NCBI GenBank assembly: GCA_016839705.1
Contig: JAEOTR010000062.1
Location: forward strand, 1 to 64,000
DNA length: 64,000 nucleotides
Source: Promethearchaeota archaeon
Lineage (GTDB): Archaea > Asgardarchaeota > Lokiarchaeia > Sigyniarchaeales > SOKP01
Direction: 5' to 3'
In this document: positions 20,476 to 31,523 of the stretch, one piece after another
How positions within the stretch are numbered: position 1 is the stretch's first letter
Layout of the letters: each line of letters starts with the position of its first letter
Program-made: the position numbers and the translations under genes
The notes under the pieces: model-generated
Seen by the model: the letters and a program-made list of their open reading frames with translations, nothing else
Database searches by the model: none
Told to the model about the DNA's origin: nothing

Positions 20476-21036
20476 CTAAAAAAATAAAAAATATCTTGGA
20501 ACTTTTTCTTTGTATTCTACATATGAATTGCCATATTGTTCCTTAAGCCTTTTTTCTTCTCCTAAAATACTAAAATGTGAGCCAAGAATAGAAATTAGAA
20601 ATATTATTAACGATATCCATGACCCGATCATAAGTATGTGCCCAATAAATATAATATAAATACTGAATAATTGTGGATTACGGGATATTTTATAAAATCC
20701 ATTAGTAATTGGTTTTCCTAAAGGTGCATTTTTAAAATTAATTATTGTAGTGCTCAAAGCTATTATTCCTATAAAATATACAATGATCCCAATATAAAAT
20801 TCGACAGAACCAAATATTAATGGTGAAAGAAATAATAAAATAATATTAATAAGACTAAATGATTTACCTATCGTTGTCATAACTATCTGCGTTTTTGTCC
20901 ATCCTTTTCTGTCAATTAACCTTCTCTTTACATCTTTTGGGCAAGTAAATGTCACAATAAATTGTATTAAAACATAAATTACAAAAGGAAGCCAACCATT
21001 TAACCATCCTATGCCAAATTGAGGTACAAAATTCAT
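20476..21036 (-). CDS. ICMT/PEMT-family membrane methyltransferase
   Basis: GWLNGW N-terminus; ITNGFYKISRNPQ; EEKRLKEQYGNSYVEYKEKVPRY. Confidence 0.88.
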   Translation of the reverse strand: MNFVPQFGIGWLNGWLPFVIYVLIQFIVTFTCPKDVKRRLIDRKGWTKTQIVMTTIGKSFSLINIILLFLSPLIFGSVEFYIGIIVYFIGIIALSTTIINFKNAPLGKPITNGFYKISRNPQLFSIYIIFIGHILMIGSWISLIIFLISILGSHFSILGEEKRLKEQYGNSYVEYKEKVPRYFLFF

Positions 21037-21054
21037 ATTTTCACCTTCTTTTTC

Positions 21055-21615
21055 TTAAAAAAATATAAAATACCTTGGAACTTTTCTTTTATATTCTAAA
21101 TATAAATCACCATACTGTTCAGTAAGCCTTTTTTCTTCTCCTAAAATTCGAAAGTGCCCTGCTATTATCGATAAACTAAGAATAATTAATGCTGCCCAAG
21201 AACCAATCGCTAAACAATTTCCTAATGATGTAAAATACATCATAACTAATTGCGGATTACGAGATATTTTATATAAACCAGTGGTTATTGGGGTATTAAG
21301 GGGTGAATTTTTAAAATTAATTAATGCTATAAGAAATCCTATTGTTCCAGTAATTATTAGAACAGTTCCAATAATAAACTCTAGAGCCCCAATATTCAAC
21401 GGAGTAAAAATAAATAATATCAGAACAATTAAACCAAAAATTTTAGCGATTTTTGTAAAAGTTTTCTGCAATTTGTTCCATCCTTCTTCATCATAGAGCC
21501 GTGAAATTACATCTTTTGAACAAGTTAGTAAAAAGACACCAAAAGAAATAAAGAATATCACTTGAAAAATCCAACCATTCAACCATCCAATTGATAAGGC
21601 AGGAAATAATTCCAT
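21055..21615 (-). CDS. ICMT/PEMT-family membrane methyltransferase
   Basis: Close paralogue of 20476..21036 (GWLNGW, ITTGLYKISRNPQ, EEKRLTEQYG). Confidence 0.88.
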   Translation of the reverse strand: MELFPALSIGWLNGWIFQVIFFISFGVFLLTCSKDVISRLYDEEGWNKLQKTFTKIAKIFGLIVLILFIFTPLNIGALEFIIGTVLIITGTIGFLIALINFKNSPLNTPITTGLYKISRNPQLVMMYFTSLGNCLAIGSWAALIILSLSIIAGHFRILGEEKRLTEQYGDLYLEYKRKVPRYFIFF

Positions 21616-21967
21616 ACTTTTTCAACTTAATTTTCTTATTAAATGTATTAGGTTTCATTATATATAAACTTTTTAGTCATCCCTAATTTATCTAAAAATA
21701 CTTTTTAAAAAGTGTATGTTAAAGAAGAATTAAGGGAAATAAAAAGCCAAAAGCCTCAAATTAATAATCTCTTTATGTATAAATTAATTTATTAATCTAA
21801 TTTTAATCCTAAAAATTCTAACTTAATATTAGTAGTCCTTAATTTAATATTTAGTAATTTAAAATAAAGGTAACATGCTTTAACCTTTAAATATTCATAG
21901 ATTGGTTTTATTCGTAAAATTGATATTCAAATTTAAAAAATTGATATTAATGTTAATTTTAATGCTA

Positions 21968-22654
21968 TTAGAAGATATAATTATCTCCAAGACAAGTACG
22001 TTTATATTGCCTTGGAAACCTTTCTCTTATTAATTTATCGTATTTCGAACAATGACAAGCCCCTATAAAATCAATATCTTGTAAATAGGATAAGTTTTTA
22101 AAACCATGAAATCCCCCGATTACAGCTCTAATACCAGTAAGATTTTGAGCTTTCATGATAAATTTTTCTAAACCAGGATGAGCACATCCCACTAATATAA
22201 TAATTTCATTATTTTTGGTTTTTAGAAAAACTGATTGTTCTGATATAAAACTCCCATTAACTTGACCTGAAATTATTAGATTTTTTTCAATTTCTATCAT
22301 ATCTGAAACACCATGAACTTGCTTATTCGGAAAAATCTTAGAAAACGAATTCAAGTTATCTATTGGAACATAAATCTTTATATTCGGATTAATTTGAAAT
22401 ATTGTTTCTAATCCTCCTGCATGATCATGGTGATTATGAGAAATTATAACATTCTTTATAGCGGTTATATCAACATTGAATTCGTTGATATTATTGATTA
22501 AAATATTGCCGTTGCCACCTGTATCAAATAAAGTGAATGTGTCTGTGAAATAATTATATACTAACGCAGAGAATCCAAAACCAGGTAAAAATCCGGGTTT
22601 AGGACATTTATCATCGAATACAATTTTAATTTCAAATGATGAATCCATATTCAT
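21968..22654 (-). CDS. MBL-fold metallo-hydrolase (DHPS-like/MJ0301-type)
   Basis: GFSALV, LFDTG, SHNHHDHAGG, GCAHPG, IGGFH and CHCS motifs. Confidence 0.85.
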   Translation of the reverse strand: MNMDSSFEIKIVFDDKCPKPGFLPGFGFSALVYNYFTDTFTLFDTGGNGNILINNINEFNVDITAIKNVIISHNHHDHAGGLETIFQINPNIKIYVPIDNLNSFSKIFPNKQVHGVSDMIEIEKNLIISGQVNGSFISEQSVFLKTKNNEIIILVGCAHPGLEKFIMKAQNLTGIRAVIGGFHGFKNLSYLQDIDFIGACHCSKYDKLIRERFPRQYKRTCLGDNYIF

Positions 22655-22852
22655 AAATAAAAAATTATTATTATTATTAATTAAATTATTTAAAACTCCC
22701 TGAGAAATATCCCTGATATGATAGAAACAGGATTTCGATTATTTTAAATAAAAATAGAGAGATTTCCTGCTAAGAGAGGGATTTTGCTATTTAAAGAATA
22801 CAAGATATTATTTGGGTAAAAAAATGTATAAATAAATAAGATTTTACAATAA

Positions 22853-23776
22853 CTAATTTCCCTCTTTTTTATTCTGGAGATACCCGATAATTCCCTTGAT
22901 GCTATTTCCTACAAAATAAAGCTCTTTCTCCCTCATATTATCATCTAATAAATCAATTGTAGCAAAATGTTTATCTTCACTTTTTAGTTTTGAAACAACT
23001 TGGTCAAAAAAGGTCGGTTGGTCTTTCATTTCAAGTAAATCGTTTACTACTTGAACCCATAGATTTATCTGATCCTGTGCTAAATTTAGCAGAAATTCTG
23101 CATTTTCTCTTAATCCAAAATGAGCATAACACATTAGGCGCTCTACTAAATCTTCTTTTAACAATTTCTGAATTGAAGCAATAGAGATTTCATAATTGAA
23201 AATAGGTGGAGTAGCTGGACGAGTGTAGATGTTGTTTGGTATTGGAACCGTGACCCCTGTAGCTTCCCCTACAAATAAATATTGATTGAAAAGATAGGAT
23301 TGATGATGAGGAGCATGACCTTGCGTATCAATAACTTTTATGGGAATATCTTTAAACTTTTCATTGTCTATGAAACGATCTTGGGGAACAGGTACAATTT
23401 TCCCATAAGATTTTGCCACATCACCAAGAACCTTTATACTACCTTTCCACAACTGTTCAGGATTTATCAAGTGCTTAACTCCTCTAGGATGACAAATTAC
23501 TTTGGCATGAGGAAAGGATTTTATTAATTTTCCGACTCCACCTGCATGATCCATGTGAATATGACTCAACAACACATAATCGAGATCATTTTTATTGATG
23601 TGTAAAGAATCTAAGGTTCGTTTTAATGAATCAATTACGGATGTTGGACCGGGATCCACTACGAAACATATATTATCATCATAATAAACCCAAGAACTTA
23701 AAAAACTCGTAAATCTTGGACCTTCCAGATCTAAACGAATTTCATGTAGATAAGGTCCTACTTTAGAAACGCTCAT
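22853..23776 (-). CDS. MBL-fold metallo-hydrolase
   Basis: SHIHMDHAGG, GHAPHH, PATPP and YAHFG motifs. Confidence 0.88.
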   Translation of the reverse strand: MSVSKVGPYLHEIRLDLEGPRFTSFLSSWVYYDDNICFVVDPGPTSVIDSLKRTLDSLHINKNDLDYVLLSHIHMDHAGGVGKLIKSFPHAKVICHPRGVKHLINPEQLWKGSIKVLGDVAKSYGKIVPVPQDRFIDNEKFKDIPIKVIDTQGHAPHHQSYLFNQYLFVGEATGVTVPIPNNIYTRPATPPIFNYEISIASIQKLLKEDLVERLMCYAHFGLRENAEFLLNLAQDQINLWVQVVNDLLEMKDQPTFFDQVVSKLKSEDKHFATIDLLDDNMREKELYFVGNSIKGIIGYLQNKKEGN

Positions 23777-23921
23777 TTTATAAAACAGAAAATGAATATT
23801 GAAATTAAAATTTAATATATTGCTCTAATCCTTGCCTTAAAAGTAATGGTGGTTATAGCGATTTCTCTTCTAACATTGTCAACCATAAACTATAAAAGAA
23901 TAAGAAGGGTGAGTAAATAGT

Positions 23922-24296
23922 ATGGCTCTATCAGATTTGCTTCAATTTCCTCATTTTTATGTAATGATAATTGCAGTGATCTTACTGACATTTTCAATTA
24001 TACTTGTAACAATACATAAACCCAAAAGGTGGTTTTATCTTCACATGTTTTGTTCCACCACCGGTACTCTGCTTACAATAGTTGGTATCATCCTTTTAAT
24101 GGGTTTAAATTTAACTATAACTCATGCAATTTTAGGTTTAATTGCCATTATTTTTTTAATAGGGGAATTATTTGTTGGGTATATTGCAAGGAAAAAAAAG
24201 GATAAAAGAATTCGAACATTTCATTTATGGGTAACTCGTATTATATACATTGTTGTGTTAATCGCAGTAATTTTAGGAATTATCAACTTTATTTAA
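23922..24296 (+). CDS. Four-helix cytochrome b561-like membrane protein
   Basis: Four TM helices, each with a His in a b561-like context (PHFYVM, WFYLH, THAILG, FHLWV). Confidence 0.65.
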   Translation: MALSDLLQFPHFYVMIIAVILLTFSIILVTIHKPKRWFYLHMFCSTTGTLLTIVGIILLMGLNLTITHAILGLIAIIFLIGELFVGYIARKKKDKRIRTFHLWVTRIIYIVVLIAVILGIINFI

Positions 24297-24348
24297 TCGT
24301 TAATTCGATTAGCAATAATTTAATTTTTTATATTAATTTCTTTTTATA

Positions 24349-26157
24349 ATGGAAGGAATGAACAATCAACTCCTGAAAATTGATTTATCAGCTGAAAGAA
24401 TTTCGGTTGATCAAATCGAAAATCAAATTCTTCAGTTTTATTTAGGGGGTAGAGGATTAGGTGTAAAATTATTTACTGATATCGTTCCAAAAAGTATTGA
24501 TCCTCTCTCAAAAGAAAATATGCTGATTTTCTCCATAGGCCCTATTACGGGTAGTACTGTCCCAACCAGTGGCAGATTTTCTTTAGTGACCAAATCTCCT
24601 TTAACTAATACAATTTTCCATTCAAATTCAGGAGGATATTGGGGACCCTATTTTAAAAAGTGTGGATATGACTGCCTAATAATTTCAAATAAATTGCGAG
24701 ATGAAGATAAAGGATACATTGTAATTGATAGGAATGAGAAAGTAGAAATTAAGGATGCTTCACATCTATGGGGATTAAAAACTTCAAGTTTAGTTGAAAA
24801 AATTAGGGAATCAGAAGGGAAAAATTCTCAAGTTTTATGTATCGGCCCAGCAGGAGAAAATTTAGTAAAATTTTCTTCAATAATGAACCAAGCACATAGA
24901 GCCTTTGGTCGCGGGGGTGTTGGTGCTGTAATGGGATCGAAAAACCTTAAGGCAATCGTCGTTAAAAATGGGAATAAAAAATTCCCGATAAAAGATAAAG
25001 AGCATATTAGAAGGCTCAATGTAGTAGCATTAGATAAAATCAGAGTTGTGCCCACAACTTCTCAAGGATTAGCAATGTTTGGGACTTCCGCGTTAGTAAA
25101 AGTAATAAATCTTTTCGGAATGCTTCCGGTAAGAAATTTTCAATCAGCCTTTACTGATTCAAATAGAATAGATTTGGTCAGTGGAGAAAAATTGAGAGAT
25201 ACTTATTTAGTAAGCAATGAAGGATGTTATAATTGTATAATAAAGTGCGGTAGATTGACAAGCACAGGAGAAATGAGCGGAAAAGGTCCTGAATATGAAT
25301 CATTATGGGCATTAGGACCATTGATAGGAATATTTAACTTAAAAGAAATAACTCACGCAAATTATTTATGTAATGATTACGGACTCGATACAATCTCTAC
25401 AGGGGGAACAATAGCATGTGCAATGGAACTTCAGAAAAATAGCATTATAAGTGATCCCAACCTCGAATTTGGGAAAGATGAGATTCTATACAATATTATT
25501 GAAAAAATAGCTTTAAAGGACGGAATTGGTGAAGAACTTGCAGAAGGCTCTTTAAGATTCTCAAGAAAATATGATGCTCTGAATTATGCAATGCAAGTTA
25601 AAGGAATGGAAATTCCGGCTTATGACCCTCGAGGTGCTTTTGGTCATGCTTTAAATTACGCTGTGAGTTCCCGAGGCGCATGTCATTTAACAGGATTTTT
25701 AGCTGCTTTAGAGATATTAGGTGCACCAAAACTCGTTGATAGATTTGCTGTTAATGGTAAATCCGATCTCTTATTTTTAAAGCAAAATCAAAGTGCTGTA
25801 GAAGATTCTCTTATTGTATGCAAATTTGTAGGTTATGCTCTGGGATTCGAATTTCAGGCTAGATTTTTAAGTTCTGTTCTAAATAAGGAAATTACAAGTA
25901 AAGATCTAATCACTATAGGAGAAAGAATTTATAATTTAGAACGCTTATTTAACCTTAGAGAGGGATTCTCAAAAGCGGATGACACATTGCCAACTAGATT
26001 TTTAGAAACTCCACTAATAGAAGGACCTTCAAAAGGAAAAATCGTTCCACTTAAACGTCTTTTACAAGATTATTACAATGTAAGGCAATGGGATGAAAGT
26101 GGCAATCCTACTGAAGAATTACTTGAAAGGTTATCTATTAAAAGATTAGTAAAATAA
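24349..26157 (+). CDS. aor: Aldehyde:ferredoxin oxidoreductase (W/Mo-pterin AOR family)
   Basis: LGGRGLG, KSPLT, IGPAGEN, GRGGVGAVMGSKNLKA, CxxCxxxC, GPEYE, GLDTIS and YDPRG motifs. Confidence 0.93.
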   Translation: MEGMNNQLLKIDLSAERISVDQIENQILQFYLGGRGLGVKLFTDIVPKSIDPLSKENMLIFSIGPITGSTVPTSGRFSLVTKSPLTNTIFHSNSGGYWGPYFKKCGYDCLIISNKLRDEDKGYIVIDRNEKVEIKDASHLWGLKTSSLVEKIRESEGKNSQVLCIGPAGENLVKFSSIMNQAHRAFGRGGVGAVMGSKNLKAIVVKNGNKKFPIKDKEHIRRLNVVALDKIRVVPTTSQGLAMFGTSALVKVINLFGMLPVRNFQSAFTDSNRIDLVSGEKLRDTYLVSNEGCYNCIIKCGRLTSTGEMSGKGPEYESLWALGPLIGIFNLKEITHANYLCNDYGLDTISTGGTIACAMELQKNSIISDPNLEFGKDEILYNIIEKIALKDGIGEELAEGSLRFSRKYDALNYAMQVKGMEIPAYDPRGAFGHALNYAVSSRGACHLTGFLAALEILGAPKLVDRFAVNGKSDLLFLKQNQSAVEDSLIVCKFVGYALGFEFQARFLSSVLNKEITSKDLITIGERIYNLERLFNLREGFSKADDTLPTRFLETPLIEGPSKGKIVPLKRLLQDYYNVRQWDESGNPTEELLERLSIKRLVK

Positions 26158-26196
26158 TAATAATTAAAAGTTAATAAAATCTTAACGAGAAAAGTA

Positions 26197-26808
26197 ATGA
26201 TTGATGCTGAAACTTACAAGCAGTTTAAAATTACAGGGAAGATTTTAACTGATCATCGGTATAATACTTCCCACTCGGGAAATATTAGTATGAGATCTGG
26301 GGGAAAAATTCTCATCAAGAGGAGGGGTGCTATGTTAGGTTATTTAGAGCCTGAGGATATTATCGAAACAGATCTCTATAACACTGATTCTGGTATTATG
26401 TTATCAAGCACCGAAACAGACGTCCATCGTCAAATCTATTTAAACACAGATGCGATGGCAGTAATTCATGCTCACAATCCTTTTTGCGTGATATTATCAC
26501 TCTTAGAAGATGAAATTACTTGTCTTGATGCTGAAGGCATATATATGTACAGGAAAATACCCGTTATTGAAGTAGAAAATCCTGCGGGACCAATAGATGC
26601 TGCTAGGGAAGTACCAAAAATCCTTCAGAATTATCCTATAGTTGTTGTGAGAGCTCATGGTGTTTTTGCGAAAGGAAATACTTTATATGATGCTCTTCAA
26701 AATGTTACCGGGGCAGAACAATCCGCTATGATAAGATATTATACCATGATGACAGGTAAACCATTAAAAAGGGATTATTCTCAAGAGAAATTCTTCACAG
26801 AATGGTAG
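26197..26808 (+). CDS. fucA: Class II aldolase, L-fuculose-1-phosphate aldolase-like
   Basis: SGNIS, SSTETDVH, VIHAH and HG Zn ligands; directly upstream of fucI. Confidence 0.8.
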   Translation: MIDAETYKQFKITGKILTDHRYNTSHSGNISMRSGGKILIKRRGAMLGYLEPEDIIETDLYNTDSGIMLSSTETDVHRQIYLNTDAMAVIHAHNPFCVILSLLEDEITCLDAEGIYMYRKIPVIEVENPAGPIDAAREVPKILQNYPIVVVRAHGVFAKGNTLYDALQNVTGAEQSAMIRYYTMMTGKPLKRDYSQEKFFTEW

Positions 26809-26857
26809 TATTCATTTATTATTAAAAAATCAAGTTAAAATAAGTTAAATTATATGT

Positions 26858-28672
26858 ATGGTGTCAGATATGGAAAAGCATATTGGGGTAAAAAGATTAA
26901 AAGGTTCAATTCCAAAAGTGGGAATTCGTCCTACAATTGACGGTAGAGAAAAAGGAGTAAGAGAATCCTTAGAAGATCAAACAATGGGAATGGCAAAAGC
27001 GGTTGCAGATTTAATAACTCAAAGTCTAAAACACTCTAATGGTATGCCAGTTGAATGTGTTACCGCAGATTCTACAATAGGTGGCGTTGCTCAAGCTGCT
27101 TTATGTGCAGATAAATTTGTGAGAGAAAATGTAGGGGTATCTATAACAGTAACACCTTGTTGGTGTTATGGATCGGAAACGATGGACATGGATCCTTATA
27201 TCCCAAAAGCAATTTGGGGTTTCAACGGAACTGAAAGACCTGGTGCCGTATATCTTGCAGCAGTTTTAGCAGCTCACTCACAAAAAGGATTACCTGCATT
27301 TGGTATCTATGGAAAAGACGTCCAAGATGAAGATGACACAAGTATTCCTGATGATGTTAAGGAAAAACTATTGCGATTTACACAAGCAGGACTCGCTGTA
27401 GCATGGATGAGAGGAAAATCTTATTTGTCTATAGGTGGAGTTTCAATGGGAATTGCAGGTTCAATTGTACAAGAAAATGTTTTTCAAGATTATCTAGGAA
27501 TGAGAAATGAATATGTAGACATGTCCGAAGTTATGAGGAGATTAGATCAAGAGGTTTATGATAAAGAAGAATATAACAGAGCTATAAAATGGGTCAAAGA
27601 AAAATGCAGGGAGGGAAAAGATACAAATCCACCCGAACTGCAAAAATCGATGGAACAAAAAGATAAAGAATGGGAAGTAGTTGTTAAAATGACTATGATT
27701 TGCAGGGATCTTATGATTGGTAATCATAATTTAAAAGAATTTGGTTTTGGTGAAGAATCACTGGGGCATAATGCTATAGCAGCTGGTTTCCAGGGACAAC
27801 GTCAGTGGACAGACTTTATGCCAAACGGAGATTTCATGGAAACAATTTTAAATAGTTCATTTGATTGGAATGGAATTAGACAACCTTACATTATGGCAAC
27901 CGAAAATGATGCCTTAAATGGTATGGCAATGTTATTTGGGCATCTTTTAACCCAAACATCTCAAATTTTTGCAGATGTTAGAACCTATTGGAGTCCAAAG
28001 GCAGTTAAGAAAGTGACTGGACAGAATCTTACCGGAAAGGGGGAAGGTGGTATAATTCACCTTATTAATTCGGGATCTGCTTCTATGGATGGAACTGGGC
28101 AGCAAGAAATTGATGGAAAACCTGGACTGAAACCATTCTGGCAGATTACTGAAGATGAAGTAAATCAATGTTTAACAGCAACTAAATGGGATGCTGCCGT
28201 TTATGAATACTTTCGTGGGGGTGGGTTTTCTTCTAATTTTCTTACAAGAGGAGAAATGCCGATGACACTTTCACGAGTGAATATTATTAAAGGTCTTGGA
28301 TTAGTTCTTCAACTAGCAGAAGGATGGGCGATAAATATTCCTGAAGATATTCATCAAATATTAGATGATCGAACTAATAACACCTGGCCAACTACTTGGT
28401 TCGTACCAAGGGTAACTGGGTTAGGAGCATTCAGAACAGTTTACGATGTCATGAATAATTGGGGTGCTAACCACGGTTCATTGTGTTATGGTCATATTGG
28501 TTCTGACCTAATTACTCTTGCATCGATGCTGAGAATCCCAGTAAGTATGCATAATATTCAAAATGTTGATATATTTAGACCTAGCACATGGAATGCTTTC
28601 GGAACTGAAGATTTAGAAAGTGCTGATTTTCGTGCCTGTGCGAATTTTGGACCTCTCTATAGTAATTTATAA
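26858..28672 (+). CDS. fucI: L-fucose isomerase
   Basis: [46 protein letters not shown] and WGANH motifs. Confidence 0.96.
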   Translation: MVSDMEKHIGVKRLKGSIPKVGIRPTIDGREKGVRESLEDQTMGMAKAVADLITQSLKHSNGMPVECVTADSTIGGVAQAALCADKFVRENVGVSITVTPCWCYGSETMDMDPYIPKAIWGFNGTERPGAVYLAAVLAAHSQKGLPAFGIYGKDVQDEDDTSIPDDVKEKLLRFTQAGLAVAWMRGKSYLSIGGVSMGIAGSIVQENVFQDYLGMRNEYVDMSEVMRRLDQEVYDKEEYNRAIKWVKEKCREGKDTNPPELQKSMEQKDKEWEVVVKMTMICRDLMIGNHNLKEFGFGEESLGHNAIAAGFQGQRQWTDFMPNGDFMETILNSSFDWNGIRQPYIMATENDALNGMAMLFGHLLTQTSQIFADVRTYWSPKAVKKVTGQNLTGKGEGGIIHLINSGSASMDGTGQQEIDGKPGLKPFWQITEDEVNQCLTATKWDAAVYEYFRGGGFSSNFLTRGEMPMTLSRVNIIKGLGLVLQLAEGWAINIPEDIHQILDDRTNNTWPTTWFVPRVTGLGAFRTVYDVMNNWGANHGSLCYGHIGSDLITLASMLRIPVSMHNIQNVDIFRPSTWNAFGTEDLESADFRACANFGPLYSNL

Positions 28673-28715
28673 TAAATTCTAATATATAATTAAACAAATA
28701 TAAAGTGTTAAAAAA

Positions 28716-30077
28716 ATGAAATATACTCCTGAAAAAGACTCATTAAAACAACATGAAGTACCAGAATGGTTTCATGATGCTAAACTTGGTATTTTTATAC
28801 ACTGGGGACTTTTTTCTGTTCCTGCTTTTGCCGCAGAAAAACTAACTTTAGGTGAATCCCAAAAAAGAGGAGTAGATGTCCATATGAAAAATAATCCGTA
28901 TGCTGAATGGTATCTTAATTCACTAAGGATTGATGGAAGCCCTACTCAAAAATATCATAAAGAAAATTATGGTGAAGACTTTTCTTATGATGGATTTGCC
29001 CAAATTTTCAATGAAGAGATAAAAAAGTGGAATCCAGATGAGATGGTTGACCTATTCAAAAAAGCTGGTGCAAAATATGTAGTGCTAGTGACAAAACATC
29101 ATGATGGATTCCTCCTTTGGCCTAGTAAATACCCAAATCCCAAAAAAGAAGATTATTATGCTAGTCGAGATATTGTAGGAGAACTTACAGAAGTTGTTAA
29201 AAAAAAGGGATTAAGGATGGGATTTTACTATTCTGGGGCATTAGATTGGTCTTGGAATCCAAATCCAATAAAAGATGGAGAAGGATTTCGAATAAATGGT
29301 CCAAGTGAAATAAAATATACTAAATATGCTAATAACCATTGGTATGAATTAATGGACAAGTATGATCCTATTATTTTATGGAATGACATAGGTTATCCAC
29401 CAAATACAAACGTATACGAAATTTTTGCCTATTTCTATAACAAACATCCTGATGGTGTAATAAATGATAGATGGATACAATTTCATAAATCTGAATTTAA
29501 ACACCCAAAAGTTAGACATAGAGATTTTGCGACTCCTGAATACAGGATGATGCCGGATATAACTGAACTAAAGTGGGAAAGTACCCGTGGCATTGGTTAT
29601 TCGTTTGGTTATAATAAAAGGGAAACTGAAAAGGATTACCTAAAACCCGATGAGTTGATACGGATGTTTATAGACATTGTAAGTAAAAATGGAAATTTAT
29701 TACTCAATGTTGGACCTATGGCGGATGGCACTATTCCAGAACTCCAAAAGAAAGCCATAATAGGTCTTGGGAAATGGCTTGAAATAAATGGTGAAGGAAT
29801 ATATGGAACCCGACCTTGGAAAAGAGCAGAGGGTAAAACTTTAGATGATATTAATCTTAGGTTTACACAGAAAAGTGAGATTTTATACATACATCTATTA
29901 GATAAACCTCAAGCGAAAAATTTAATAATTCTATCAATTACATTAGCAGAATCTAAAAATATACAGTTATTAGGCAATAAAGGGGATCTAATGTGGAAAC
30001 AAATTGGTGAAAACATAGAAATGTTGTTACCCGACAGTTTATTTGATTCAGCAGCTTACGTATTAAAAGTTTATTAA
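28716..30077 (+). CDS. Alpha-L-fucosidase (GH29)
   Basis: WFHDAKLGIFIHWG, AEWY, TKHHDGF, LWND nucleophile and KNGNLLLNVGP. Confidence 0.95.
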   Translation: MKYTPEKDSLKQHEVPEWFHDAKLGIFIHWGLFSVPAFAAEKLTLGESQKRGVDVHMKNNPYAEWYLNSLRIDGSPTQKYHKENYGEDFSYDGFAQIFNEEIKKWNPDEMVDLFKKAGAKYVVLVTKHHDGFLLWPSKYPNPKKEDYYASRDIVGELTEVVKKKGLRMGFYYSGALDWSWNPNPIKDGEGFRINGPSEIKYTKYANNHWYELMDKYDPIILWNDIGYPPNTNVYEIFAYFYNKHPDGVINDRWIQFHKSEFKHPKVRHRDFATPEYRMMPDITELKWESTRGIGYSFGYNKRETEKDYLKPDELIRMFIDIVSKNGNLLLNVGPMADGTIPELQKKAIIGLGKWLEINGEGIYGTRPWKRAEGKTLDDINLRFTQKSEILYIHLLDKPQAKNLIILSITLAESKNIQLLGNKGDLMWKQIGENIEMLLPDSLFDSAAYVLKVY

Positions 30078-30133
30078 ATAGAAATTCCTAAGAAGTTAAG
30101 CTAATATTCAAAACTACCTAAAGAGAGAAAAAA

Positions 30134-31513
30134 ATGAAATACGAGCCAAATCATGAATCAATAAAACACCATGAAGTCCCTAAGTGGTTTCATGATGCCA
30201 AACTTGGTATTTTCATACATTGGGGTCTATTTTCTGTTCCAGCTTTTGCCGTTACAGGAATAGATCTTATCGATTCAACAAAGAGAGGACTTGAAGAACA
30301 TTTTAAAAATAATCCCTATGCGGAGTGGTATCTTAATACACTTAGAATCCCTGATAGCCCTACCCATAAGTACCACTATAAAACATATGGAGAGGATTTC
30401 TTATATGATGATTTTGTTCCTCTATTTAATGAAGGTATTAAAAAGTGGGATCCTAAGAAATGGGCTAGTTTATTTAAGAAATTTGGGGCAAAATATGTAG
30501 TTCTAACAACAAAACATTGCGAAGGTTTTCTTTTATGGCCAAGTAAATATCCTAATCCTAATAAAGAAAATTATATTGCTGATAGAGATATTGTAGGAGA
30601 ACTTACCGATGCCGTTAAGAATGAAGGGATGAATATGGGTTTTTATTATTCTAGTGCGTGGGATTGGTCTTTTAATCTTTTTCCTATAATAGATGCATCT
30701 AGCTTTACTAAACATTATGTGCAAAACTTAAAATACGCAGAATGGGTAACTTCTCATTGGTTTGAGCTAATTGATAAATATCAACCCCATATTCTTTGGA
30801 GTGATATGGGATATCCAGCTGGAATAAATATTTATGAAATTTTTGCATACTTTTATAACAAAATAACTGATGGTGTAGTAAATAATCGATGGAATCAATA
30901 TCTCCCGGAAGAGAAAAAATTTCGAAATATTCATTATGATTTTACAACGCCTGAATATACCGTCAGAAATGAAATAAAGAAAAAAAAATGGGAAGTTTGT
31001 AGAGGAATCGGTAATTCATTTGGATATAATAGATTTGAATCTGAAGAAGATTATTTGTCACCTAAGGATTTAATATTTTTACTAGTTGATGTAGTGAGTA
31101 AAAATGGTAATCTCTTATTAAATATTGGACCCACTGTAGAGGGCAACATTCCTGAAATTCAAGAACAACGCTTATTAGAGCTTGGTAGCTGGTTAGATGT
31201 GAATGGAGACGCGATTTTTTGTACAAGGCCATGGAAACGTGCGGAAGGAATTACCACAGAGGGTATCCCTATAAGGTTTACATGTAAAGACCAATTTCTC
31301 TATGTAATACTCTTAGGAAAACCAGAAAAAGATGAATTGGTTATTGAAGATCTTGGTACAGAAAAGATTTCTCAAATAAATCTACTTGGTTTTAAAGATG
31401 ACTTAATATGGAGAACAGATAGTAATAATTTAGCTATTAAACTCCCAAAAGAAAAAATAGATTCACTTGTCATTTCATTTAAAATTGAATTAATGTTAGA
31501 TAGTACCGATTGA
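30134..31513 (+). CDS. Alpha-L-fucosidase (GH29), tandem paralogue
   Basis: WFHDAKLGIFIHWG, TKHCEGF, LWSD and KNGNLLLNIGP. Confidence 0.95.
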   Translation: MKYEPNHESIKHHEVPKWFHDAKLGIFIHWGLFSVPAFAVTGIDLIDSTKRGLEEHFKNNPYAEWYLNTLRIPDSPTHKYHYKTYGEDFLYDDFVPLFNEGIKKWDPKKWASLFKKFGAKYVVLTTKHCEGFLLWPSKYPNPNKENYIADRDIVGELTDAVKNEGMNMGFYYSSAWDWSFNLFPIIDASSFTKHYVQNLKYAEWVTSHWFELIDKYQPHILWSDMGYPAGINIYEIFAYFYNKITDGVVNNRWNQYLPEEKKFRNIHYDFTTPEYTVRNEIKKKKWEVCRGIGNSFGYNRFESEEDYLSPKDLIFLLVDVVSKNGNLLLNIGPTVEGNIPEIQEQRLLELGSWLDVNGDAIFCTRPWKRAEGITTEGIPIRFTCKDQFLYVILLGKPEKDELVIEDLGTEKISQINLLGFKDDLIWRTDSNNLAIKLPKEKIDSLVISFKIELMLDSTD

Positions 31514-31523
31514 TTATGGTAAG

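Noticed and set aside
9529-21615. ICMT array acting on the local Rab-like GTPase (prenylation pathway)
   Set aside because: The GTPase has no C-terminal Cys motif and there is no prenyltransferase in the window.
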